Below, piece by piece: positions 10,181 through 21,536 of a DNA stretch of 64,000 nt. The notes under the pieces are model-generated. The model did no database searches and was not told the origin of the DNA. It was given only the letters and a program-made list of their open reading frames with translations. Position numbers and translations under genes: made by a program. Positions within the stretch are counted from its first letter, which is position 1, and each line of letters opens with the position of its first letter. Location: contig CAVUMN010000001.1 of assembly GCA_963742735.1 (NCBI GenBank), forward strand, positions 192,001 through 256,000, read 5' to 3'. This DNA is from an uncultured Actinomycetes bacterium (lineage in GTDB: Bacteria > Actinomycetota > UBA4738 > JBBDTT01).

Positions 10181-12055
10181 TTACGGGGTCGAGATCCGCT
10201 GCTCGGGCGGCGTCCGCCCCGGGCCGATCTCGTCCTCGAACCCGGGGGCGTCGCCGGCCAGGCGCGTGGCCGCGTCCGCGGCCTGGCGCTTGCGCTCGCG
10301 TCGAGAGACCTTCCCGTTCGCGGGCTCGGGCTCCAGGTAGTACTGGCTGGTGTAGGCGTAGTAGTCGCTGTAGTAGTAGCTGAACGCCGGCCCGAAGTTG
10401 TTCAGCACCGTGCCGACCACGCGGGCCCGGACCTTGGCCAGCTGGTCGCGGGCGTGCGCCAGGACCCGGCGGTTGGTCGACTCGTTGACCACGAACAGGG
10501 TGGCGTCGCACAGGGTGGCGAGGACCGCGGCGTCGGCCAGGCCGAGGACGGGCGGCGCGTCCAGGATCACCCAGTCGGTGACCTGCGCGGCCTGGTCCAG
10601 GAAGTCCTTCATGGCCAGCGACCCGAGGAGCTCGGTCGGGTTCGGCGGGATCGGGCCGCCGCTCATCACGCGCAGACCGCGGATGCGCGGGTCGTTGACC
10701 GCCTCCAGCAGCGAGGCCTGGCCGGAGAGCACGCTCGACAGGCCGATCCGGTTCGACACGCCGAAGTGGCGGTGGACCGACGGACGGCGCAGGTCGGCGC
10801 CCACGAGCAGCACGCGCTGGCCCGCCTGGGCCAGGACGACCGCCAGGTTGGCCGCGGTGGTCGTCTTGCCCTCGCCGGCCACCGGGGAGGTGACGAGCAG
10901 CTTGCCCACCGGCCCCGACACCGACATGAACAGCAGGTTGGTTCGCAGGGTCCGGTACGCCTCGGACGACGGCGCCTTGGGATCGTCCAGCGTGACGAGA
11001 TAGGAGCGCTGGCCGTTGCGGCCGGCGTGCTCGCCGATGCCGCGGGCGGACGGCACGTGCGGGACCACGCCGATGAGCGGGGCCCCGGACTGCCGCTCGA
11101 CGTCGTCGACGCCCTTCAGCGAGTCGTCCACGTAATCGCGGAGGAACGCGGCACCGACGCCCAGGATCAGGCCGAGGATGAACGCGAACGCCCCGTCACG
11201 GATGTGGTTGGGCAGCGAGGGCTTCTTGGCCGGGATGGCCTGGTACAGGATGTCGCCGCTATCGCCGGCGCCGGCGATGGCCTGGTTGATGTCGGCGATC
11301 GAGGACACCAGCGAGTTCAGCTGAGCCTGAAGCTGCAGGGTGGACTGTTCCGCGGCCTCGGCGGTCTGGATGTCCGCCCGAACCAGCGCCACGTCGCCCT
11401 GAAGCTTGGCCTGGGCATCCTTCGCCGACGCGACGGCCTGTTCCCGCTTGTAGCCGAGGTACGCGACCGACAGCGCCGTGGCCTTGGCGGCCGCCAGCGA
11501 GGGGCTCGTATCCCGCACCCGGACCACGATCAGCTGGGTGGACTGCCGGCCGGGGCTCACCTGGATCCCCCTGAGGAAGTCGTAGCCCGCGAGGACCTGC
11601 TCGGCGTCGAGCTCCTTGCCGGACTCGGGAAGGGCGTCCTCCTCCACGGGTGCGGCTCCCGGGCTCGCCCTGGGGGCGGGGGTAGGCTCGAGCTCCTCGG
11701 TGTTGGCGCCCGTCTCGTCTACGACGATAAGGGTGTCGAAGACGGTCCGGCCCTTCAGCAGCTCGGCGGCGTAGAACCCGATCAGGGGGCTGGCCGCGAC
11801 CTGGGACTCCGTGATGGCGTCGGTCTTCTTCGCGGTCTCCACGCTGCCGCCCGTGAACGTCAGCTCAGGCGGGATCTGGACCGTGGCCTCGGACTGGTAG
11901 ATGGGGGTCTGCTGGTAGGACAGGAACAGGGCCGAGGTCATGATCAGGGTGAGCACCAGGATCGCGGTCCACTTGCGCAGCCAGAGGATGCGGAAGTAGT
12001 CGCGCAGCTCGAAGCCGCTGGTTCGACTCTGGGTCTCGGTGTTGGGATCGTTCAT
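10181..12055 (-). CDS. wzc: Polysaccharide co-polymerase / tyrosine autokinase (Wzc, CpsC-CpsD fusion)
   Basis: N-terminal Wzz-like ELRDYFRILW plus TM, second TM, SEAYRTLRTNL, Walker A GEGKTT, DLRRP, ILDAPP, and a C-terminal Tyr cluster YYYSDYYAYTSQYY. Confidence 0.92.
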   Translation of the reverse strand: MNDPNTETQSRTSGFELRDYFRILWLRKWTAILVLTLIMTSALFLSYQQTPIYQSEATVQIPPELTFTGGSVETAKKTDAITESQVAASPLIGFYAAELLKGRTVFDTLIVVDETGANTEELEPTPAPRASPGAAPVEEDALPESGKELDAEQVLAGYDFLRGIQVSPGRQSTQLIVVRVRDTSPSLAAAKATALSVAYLGYKREQAVASAKDAQAKLQGDVALVRADIQTAEAAEQSTLQLQAQLNSLVSSIADINQAIAGAGDSGDILYQAIPAKKPSLPNHIRDGAFAFILGLILGVGAAFLRDYVDDSLKGVDDVERQSGAPLIGVVPHVPSARGIGEHAGRNGQRSYLVTLDDPKAPSSEAYRTLRTNLLFMSVSGPVGKLLVTSPVAGEGKTTTAANLAVVLAQAGQRVLLVGADLRRPSVHRHFGVSNRIGLSSVLSGQASLLEAVNDPRIRGLRVMSGGPIPPNPTELLGSLAMKDFLDQAAQVTDWVILDAPPVLGLADAAVLATLCDATLFVVNESTNRRVLAHARDQLAKVRARVVGTVLNNFGPAFSYYYSDYYAYTSQYYLEPEPANGKVSRRERKRQAADAATRLAGDAPGFEDEIGPGRTPPEQRISTP

Positions 12056-12234
12056 AGGTTTGTAGGGCGCGCGCTCTGCGAGTCTCGCATATCGTGGAGG
12101 CCGTCTCCGGGAAGCCGGAGCCGAAAGAGCCTATCCGGACCCAACGGAGCCGGTCAACCCTCCGGGCGGCTGCCCTCGGTTCGCCCATACAATACAGGCC
12201 GACTTCCCCCGGCGACCCTCGAAAGGAACGATCC

Positions 12235-14488
<2,254 letters not shown>

Positions 14489-14492
<4 letters not shown>

Positions 14493-16549
14493 GCCTCGGG
14501 GCCCTCGCCGGCGTCCTGCTCCTGCTGCTGATCCCGGGGCTCCCGGCGTCGCTCGCCCTCCACCCGCCGGGCCGGATCTCCGTCGTCTCGCGGCTCGCCC
14601 TGGCGCCGGTGTTGGGGGCGGCGCTGGCCGGCGCGGTCGCGTTCCTCCTCGCCCTGCCGGGGTGGCTGTGGCCGGCGCCGTTCCTCGTCCTCGTCGGCGC
14701 CGCCTCGGTGGGGCTGACGGTGTGGGTGGCGCGCCGGGACGGGCTCCGGGCCCACGCCCGGGCCGCGATCAGCGAGACCCGGGCCGACCCCGGGCCCATC
14801 GTGCTGGGGCTCGTGGTCCTCGCCGGGATCGCCGTCGTGCGGCTGTCGTTCGATGCCCGGATCCACTTCTCGGCCGCCTCGGCGTGGCGGTACTGGGCGG
14901 ACGCGGTGGAGATGGCGGACGCCGGAGGGTTCCCCCGGACCACGCTGCAGTACGGCCTGCCGCTCGTCCCGACGGTGAGCAAGGGGTTCCTCAACGCGCT
15001 CAACGCCGGTATGGCCCACGCGATCGGGCGCGAGGCGCTCCCGGCCCTCGGGGCGCTGCTGTGGGTGGGCTCGGTGGGGTTGGCGGGAGCGCTGTGGGCC
15101 CTCGGACGGGAGATCGGACTGCGGTGGACGGCGCCGCTCCTCCCGCTGCTCGTGGTGGTCAACCGCGAGTTCCTGAACCCCGAGATCACCGCCGATCTGG
15201 ACGCGTACCGCGCCGAGACGTTCGGACGCATGCTCGCGTTCGGTGGGCTGGTGCTGGTCGTCCGGGCCCTCCGCGATCGGAGTGGGTGGACCGACGCCGT
15301 GGCCGGCGGCGGGCTGGTCGGCGTCGCCATCGGGATGCATCTGGTTCCGGCGATCGTGGCCGGGATCATCGCGGCCGGGTTCGCTGTGGGCTCACTGATC
15401 CGCGATCCGGCGCGGCGCGCAGCGCTGGTCCGTGGCCTGGCCGCGGGCGGCGTGGCCGTCGCCGTGGCGGGCGCGATCGTCCTGCTTCCCAGGGGTGACG
15501 TCGGGCTCTCAGGGGTTCGTGGCGATCAGGCGTTCGACCGGTTCGGCCCGGCGTTCGATCCCACGCTGTTCGTGAACGCGGGGGTGACCCCCGAGCGGCA
15601 GGCCGCCGAGGGCCCTCGCGACTGGAGGCTCTCCGCCGGCGAGGCCTACCGGGCGTTCGTCGCGACCTCGATCGGCGAGCCGTCCGGGCAGGGCCTGCGC
15701 CCGGCCGAGCCGCCGGAGTCGGTGGGACCGATTGGGGTGTCGATGGCCCTGCTCGGCGTGGTCCTCGCGGCGCTCGGGTTGGCCTGGTTGCCGAGGACCC
15801 TCCGGCCGGCCGCGGTGATTCCCCTGGTCCTGGGGGCGGGGCTGGTGAGCCTCACCTGGTGGTTCTCCCGGCGCTCGAGCCTGTTCATCCCGGCGAACTT
15901 CGGGCTCCGCCGTCTCTACGACTACTCCGCGCTCCCGCTGATCCTCGGCGGGCTCGCGGCGCTCGAGGTCGTGGTGGTGGCCGCGGGCAAGCTTCGCCGC
16001 TGGGCAACCGCCGCGGTGACGGTCGTGCTCGTCCTCGGCCTGTCCGCCTGGCTGCTGCCGGACGCGCGGCTCCGGCCGAGCCGGATCGCGGCCGTGGAGC
16101 CCGTGATCGAGGGGATGCGATGGGTGAACGAGCATCTCCCGTGCGGCGCGTTCATCCTTTCGAACCAACACACGGAGGGCTTCTTCCAGGCGGCGCTCGG
16201 CCGGCCGGCTTTCCTGGAGGGCGCGACCCCGTACCTGCGTCCGGTGGTGCTCGAGGAGGCCATCGACCGCTTCCTCGAGGCGCGGGCGTTCTTCATGGCG
16301 CCGAGCCGGGCGACGTTCCCGGCGCGCAACCTCACGCACGTGGTCGTGATCCGCGGCGGTGGGATCGGCTACTCCGCGACGACCGGCCAGACCGACATCG
16401 CGGCCCTCGACCGGCTGGGCTTCCTGAGGCTGGAGCGCGCGGACGACGCCGTCCGCGTCTACACGGTGACGCTCGCCGGCGCGGGCCAACCTCCCTGGTA
16501 CCCGGGCCGATACCCCGGTTACCACTGCGACCGGAGCCGGTCCCTCTAG
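14489..16549 (+). CDS. Polytopic membrane protein, putative GT-C glycosyltransferase
   Basis: 686 aa with many TM segments and a soluble C-terminal domain. TTGA overlap (translational coupling) with the GT2 gene. Confidence 0.6.
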
Positions 16550-18870
16550 CCGGAGGGCTCCTCGGGGGACCCGTTCCGAAACCGTCGCCGAAGCGCGGGA
16601 GCCGCGGCCGCCAGGCCGAAGCCCGCCAGCGCCACCGCCGATCCGGCCAGTCCGAGGCCGATCGAGGGGTCGTCGTATGTGAGGCGGACGACGTGGTGGC
16701 CCGCGGGCACCGCCACGGCCGTCACCGCGTAGTCCGCGACCAGGACCGGCGCGGGCTCGCCGTCGACGGTCGCCGACCATCCGGGGTCGTACGGGTTCCG
16801 GATCAGGACCATCGCCGGGCGGCGCGCGTCGACCTCGACGACGATCGCCTGCTCGCCCTGAGGACGATACCGGGCCACTCCGGCCGAGCCCCCCGTCCCG
16901 GACGGCCCCACCGAGGGTTCCTCCTCGAGGATCACCGTCGCATCCACGTCGAACCCCGGGTCGGCCAGACGATGCAGGGCCTGATCGGCCCCGTCCGCCA
17001 CCACCCAGGCCCCGATCAGGCTGGCTCGGGGGGGCGGCGACGACCGCCGGTACAGGGACCACCGTCCCGATCGGACCGTGGCGGGGTCGGTGCCCGGCGG
17101 TCTTGGGCCGGCGATCAGCCACTCGATGCCCATCACGTCCAGGTAGGCCTCGGGAGGGTCGGCCACCGTGGCGCGGTTGTACCGGACGGGGTGATCGCTG
17201 AGGGCCCGGAGCAGTGTCCACGTCCGGTCCGGCTGCAGCGAGCGATACCCGCCCGCGGACTCGAGGGCGAACAGCATCCCCTCGTTGTTGTGCAGGGCGC
17301 GCACGTCGCTGATCGGCCGGGCATTCTCCCGGCCGACGCCCACGAATCGCCCACCCTCCCGGTCGAGGACCCGCGCGATGGCGCGCGGGGTGAGGTACGC
17401 GTCGAGATCCGCTCCCGGCAGCCGCGGGGCCTCGAGGATCGGCGGCGTGCGGCCGAGGACCGTCTGGCGCGCCTCGAAGTCCTCCCCCGCGCGGGCCACG
17501 AGCGGTCCGACCAAACCGGCGACCACGACGGCCGCGAGCACGGTCGCCGCCCATGCGGGACGTCCGACCGTCACCGCGGTCGCCACCCCGAGCCCCGCGA
17601 TCGCCAGGAACGCCGGCACCAGGGCCGAGCCTCCCGCCCCGGCGATCGCCGCCAGGACGATCCACGCCATTGCGGGCACGCCGAGCATGAGCGCGCGGCG
17701 GCGCCAACCGCCGGGCTCGGCCCACGCCTCCACCCCGAGCCCGGCCAGCACCGCGAGGCACGCGACCACCCCCAGCGCGTACCACTCCGGCGCGTGGAGG
17801 TACTGGTCGACCAGCGGGAGGGACCCGAGCCGGTCGTACGCGAACTCGATGACCGGCCGCAGCGTGAGCAGGTAGCACACGACCCCGAGCGCGGAGAACG
17901 CGATCACGAGCGGCCGTCGGCGCCGCGACCACCATCCCGCCCAGGCGCAGGCCAGCCCCGCGACCCCCAGCGGGATGCCCGGGACGCTCGCCAGGTTCAG
18001 GGGCCAGTCGCCGCTCGCCGCCTTCCCCGGGTACGGCGGGCTGAGCATGCCGGTGAGCTCGAGCGAGCGCCGGCTGATGTCGTCGTAGCCGCCCTCGATG
18101 CTCGTGCCGGAAAGCAGCGCGGCCCGGGGGACCAGCACCGCCAGGTTGACCGCGACGATCGCCAGCCCGAGCAGCGCCGCGGCGGCGATCAGTCGCCGTG
18201 CGGCCACCCCGTCGCCCCGGGCCCGGAGTGCCACCGGGATGAGATAGGCGGCCAGCAGCAGCGTGGTCAGCGCGGCCCCGAACGTCACGTGCACCGAGAC
18301 GGCCTGACCCCACGCCGCGGCCACCGCGACCGACCACCCCACCCGGGCCGGCCATCGCCGTGCGCGGGTGAGCCGCGAGGCCGCCCCGAGGGACAGCACC
18401 GCGTACGCCACGACGGCGGCGAGGCGGACGGTGACGGCCGTGCGCGTCGCGGCGAGGGCCACCGTGAGGATCAGCCCCGACACGGTGGCCGCGGCCCGCG
18501 ACGCCCGCTCGCCCCGCAGGAACGCGTACAGCCCGAGCCCGCCGAGGATCGGCTGGACGCCGACCAGGATGCCCAGCGCCAGGGCCGGGCGCAGGGCCGA
18601 GAACAACGCCATCACCAGCAGCTGCATCCATCCCGAGTGGGGGTCGGCCGCGAACGGTTGGCCGCCGAGCACATGGGTCGTCCAGGCCGGAACGTGCCCG
18701 TCGCCGAGCGCCCGGCCGAGCTCGGTGAACTGGGGCAGCCAGAACGTGATCACGTCCGACTCGGTGGTGAGGCCCTGGAACAGGAACGCGCGCAGGATCC
18801 ATGCGCCCGTGACCGCGATCACCAGCGGACCGGCCAGAGACGCGGCGAGGCCGCGGAGACGGGGGCTCAC
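16546..18870 (-). CDS. YfhO-family (GT-C) membrane protein
   Basis: SDVITFWLPQF...WTTHVLGGQPFAADPHSGW at the N-terminus. C-terminal NPYDPGWSATVDG...AVAVPAGHHVVRLTY plus TM. Confidence 0.82.
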   Translation of the reverse strand: MSPRLRGLAASLAGPLVIAVTGAWILRAFLFQGLTTESDVITFWLPQFTELGRALGDGHVPAWTTHVLGGQPFAADPHSGWMQLLVMALFSALRPALALGILVGVQPILGGLGLYAFLRGERASRAAATVSGLILTVALAATRTAVTVRLAAVVAYAVLSLGAASRLTRARRWPARVGWSVAVAAAWGQAVSVHVTFGAALTTLLLAAYLIPVALRARGDGVAARRLIAAAALLGLAIVAVNLAVLVPRAALLSGTSIEGGYDDISRRSLELTGMLSPPYPGKAASGDWPLNLASVPGIPLGVAGLACAWAGWWSRRRRPLVIAFSALGVVCYLLTLRPVIEFAYDRLGSLPLVDQYLHAPEWYALGVVACLAVLAGLGVEAWAEPGGWRRRALMLGVPAMAWIVLAAIAGAGGSALVPAFLAIAGLGVATAVTVGRPAWAATVLAAVVVAGLVGPLVARAGEDFEARQTVLGRTPPILEAPRLPGADLDAYLTPRAIARVLDREGGRFVGVGRENARPISDVRALHNNEGMLFALESAGGYRSLQPDRTWTLLRALSDHPVRYNRATVADPPEAYLDVMGIEWLIAGPRPPGTDPATVRSGRWSLYRRSSPPPRASLIGAWVVADGADQALHRLADPGFDVDATVILEEEPSVGPSGTGGSAGVARYRPQGEQAIVVEVDARRPAMVLIRNPYDPGWSATVDGEPAPVLVADYAVTAVAVPAGHHVVRLTYDDPSIGLGLAGSAVALAGFGLAAAAPALRRRFRNGSPEEPSG

Positions 18871-21536
18871 GCGGACGCCTCGAGCCTGATCACGACGGTC
18901 CGGCCCCCCTCGACCCCGAGCTCGATCACGTCCGAGCCGGCCGGCACGGCCTCGGGCCCGAGGAGCACATCGACCCCCGGGTTCGAGGTGAACCCGAGCG
19001 CGCCCACGTTCACCCGCAGCGCACACGTTCGCGGCGCGTCCGTCTCGTTGCGGATCGTCAGGTACACCTCGGGCGCCGAGCCGAACCGCTCGACCCACAC
19101 GTCCGCGTCGCCACACCGGGCGTGCGTGACCGGCTCCCATCCCCCCGCGGCCAGATCGCGGAACAGGGGCGCGTAGCTCGCGAACAGCGCTCGGTTGGCC
19201 GGAGTTGACCAGCTGGCCTCGGTCTGGCCGTCCTCGTTCTCCTCGCGCAGCCACGCGCCGGGAAAGATCCCGTAGAACAGGGCCTGGTTGGTCCGGGCCT
19301 CGATCTGCTCGGGGCCGAGCTCCCCCTCCGCGATCCGGCTGTCGAGCGAGGTGACCGGACGGGAGGACGCGAGGGTTCGCTTCAACAGCGCCAGCGGGTC
19401 GACGTGGTCGATCCCCCCCGCGCGGTCGGGCAGGCCCTGCTCGATCCCGAAGTAGTCGATGCGGTCGGCGCCCATCCACCCCAGGGCCCGGTCCACGCCG
19501 CCGTTGAAGTTCGCCGACAGGATCATCCCGCGCGCCCGCAGCAGGTCCGAGACCCGCTCGATCTGCGCGTGCATCGACAGCACGCCAAGCTGGCACGGTT
19601 CCCCGTTCGCGTAGGAGAACGTCAAGGGGATCGTCGCGCGGGCCCAGTGCGTCCGGTCGAAGTCGCACACCGCCCCCCACCGGCGGGCCCCGGAGGTGGA
19701 GTCCATGTGGATGCCGTCGAGTCGGCCGCCCGCGTCGTCGGCGACCTCGATCGCGCGCTCGATCTGCTGGGTCGCGACGGCCCGGCTCCACGCCCCGCCC
19801 TCCGGGCCAGAGTCGTGGTTCTCGTAGTACGCGCGGAAGCCCTGGTAGACCTCGTACAGCAGCCGGCCGTTCACGTCACGGGCGGTGGACGCCAGCGCGG
19901 CCAGCGCCTCCTCCCGCCGGCGGCGGGGATCCTCGTCGAGGATCGACTCGCCGCGGGCCGAGGACTCCAGCGCGGCCACGTCCTGCTCGTAGCCGCCCGG
20001 CTCTCCGGGCGTCGGCCCGATCGGGTCGTAGTACGCCCACTGATGCGTGTAGGCCGAGGTGTAGATCCCCCGTTCGTTCGACCAGGCCACGTAGTCGCGC
20101 CCCCACTCGCTCCACGACTGGGTGGGCGCCTTGCCGAGCGCGACCGTGTTCAGGCCCAGCCCGAAGTCCGCGAACGCGTTGCCCGGGAGGGAGCCGAGCG
20201 GCGGGGCGAAGAACCACGCCCCCTCCCGGCCGGGGTCGGTCCGGCGCTCGAAGTCCCGCGGGTACATCCGGGCGAACCGTTCCGCCAGTGCCCGGAACCC
20301 CCACGCCCCGTCCGCCCGCATCAGCGCGAACGAGAACCCCGCCCGGGGGCCCGTTCCCGCCTGGTCGGACACACCGAGGTCGAAGACGATGGTCAACCCC
20401 TCTCGCGTCGCGGAGACGCGAAACGCCCGCGGCTCGTGCATCGGGACCCCGATCCCGAGCGCGGTCCGGTCGTCGGCGGCGCCCCCGAACGGGTACACGC
20501 TCGTCCGCTGGATGTTGCTGATGCCCGCGTGCGTGTCCGAGCCGCCCTGCGCAGTGGGGGCGGACAGGTTCGCGTAGGTGCCGTCCCCGATGACGCGCTC
20601 CCGGCGAGGGTCGTCGCCCCATCGCCAGTCCTCCAGATCGACGGGGAGGGTGAACGACACCTGCGCGGCGTGATCGGCCCGGTCGGTCGACACGAGCTCG
20701 CCACGGACCTCCAGGTGGGTGTCCACGGCCCTGGCGGTCGCGTCGACCTCCAGGGGGCCGACGCCGCCCCGCAGGGTGACCGAGTCGCCGCCGCCCTCCA
20801 CCCGGGCGGGGACCGGCTCCGGGCCGGGACGCAGCAGCGGGGCGACCTTCAGCTGGTCGAACCAGGCCGTCCCCGCCCCGGCCTGCACGGCCACGCGCAC
20901 CCGGATGCGCCGGACCCCCGGGGCGGTGCGGAACCCGGCGTCGTGCCGCGACCACGGCGAGTCGCCGGTGTACCCGAACGCGAACGCGGACGCGTGGCGG
21001 CCCCGGGCGCCGATCTGCTGGACCTGCACGCGGGCCGGCGTGACGGCGGTCGTGGTGAGGACGGGAGAGAGGCCCTCGGTCCGGATCCACGCGGTCAGGA
21101 CGTACTCGGTTCCCGGGCTGACCTCCGCCTCCGTGACCAGCGCCGGCGAGGATCCGGTTCGGGTCAGCGAGACGCGGATCGCCCGGTCTCCGGCGAACGG
21201 CTCCGAGCGGGTGAGCTCCAGCCGGCCCTCGTCCTCCGCGATCGACCAGCCATCGGGGACGCCGTCCGCGTCCTCGTCCAGCTCGAACCCGGGATTGCCC
21301 AGGAGGTTCCCCGTTCCACCCGCCTCCCGGACGGCGAACCCGCCTCGCGCGCCGCTCATCCCGAGATCCCGGCCGCCGTCGGACACTCCGGCGACGCCGC
21401 CCTCGGGAGTGAAGCGAACGGTCAGGCCCTCGGGCGACCCGACCAGGACCTCGTCGAGGCGCCGGTCCGCGACGGCGATCCCGATCGAGGCGATCGCCAG
21501 GGCCACCGCGAGCAGGAACGCGTTCGCGCGGGTCAC
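18867..21536 (-). CDS. Large secreted protein with a CBM4/9-like domain and a putative glycoside-hydrolase-like C-terminal domain
   Basis: Signal/TM VTRANAFLLAVALAIASIGIAVA. NLLGNPGFELDEDADGVPDGWS...AWFDQLKV (CBM4/9-like), and later DGIHMDS. GTGA overlaps on both sides. Confidence 0.6.
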   Translation of the reverse strand: MTRANAFLLAVALAIASIGIAVADRRLDEVLVGSPEGLTVRFTPEGGVAGVSDGGRDLGMSGARGGFAVREAGGTGNLLGNPGFELDEDADGVPDGWSIAEDEGRLELTRSEPFAGDRAIRVSLTRTGSSPALVTEAEVSPGTEYVLTAWIRTEGLSPVLTTTAVTPARVQVQQIGARGRHASAFAFGYTGDSPWSRHDAGFRTAPGVRRIRVRVAVQAGAGTAWFDQLKVAPLLRPGPEPVPARVEGGGDSVTLRGGVGPLEVDATARAVDTHLEVRGELVSTDRADHAAQVSFTLPVDLEDWRWGDDPRRERVIGDGTYANLSAPTAQGGSDTHAGISNIQRTSVYPFGGAADDRTALGIGVPMHEPRAFRVSATREGLTIVFDLGVSDQAGTGPRAGFSFALMRADGAWGFRALAERFARMYPRDFERRTDPGREGAWFFAPPLGSLPGNAFADFGLGLNTVALGKAPTQSWSEWGRDYVAWSNERGIYTSAYTHQWAYYDPIGPTPGEPGGYEQDVAALESSARGESILDEDPRRRREEALAALASTARDVNGRLLYEVYQGFRAYYENHDSGPEGGAWSRAVATQQIERAIEVADDAGGRLDGIHMDSTSGARRWGAVCDFDRTHWARATIPLTFSYANGEPCQLGVLSMHAQIERVSDLLRARGMILSANFNGGVDRALGWMGADRIDYFGIEQGLPDRAGGIDHVDPLALLKRTLASSRPVTSLDSRIAEGELGPEQIEARTNQALFYGIFPGAWLREENEDGQTEASWSTPANRALFASYAPLFRDLAAGGWEPVTHARCGDADVWVERFGSAPEVYLTIRNETDAPRTCALRVNVGALGFTSNPGVDVLLGPEAVPAGSDVIELGVEGGRTVVIRLEASA

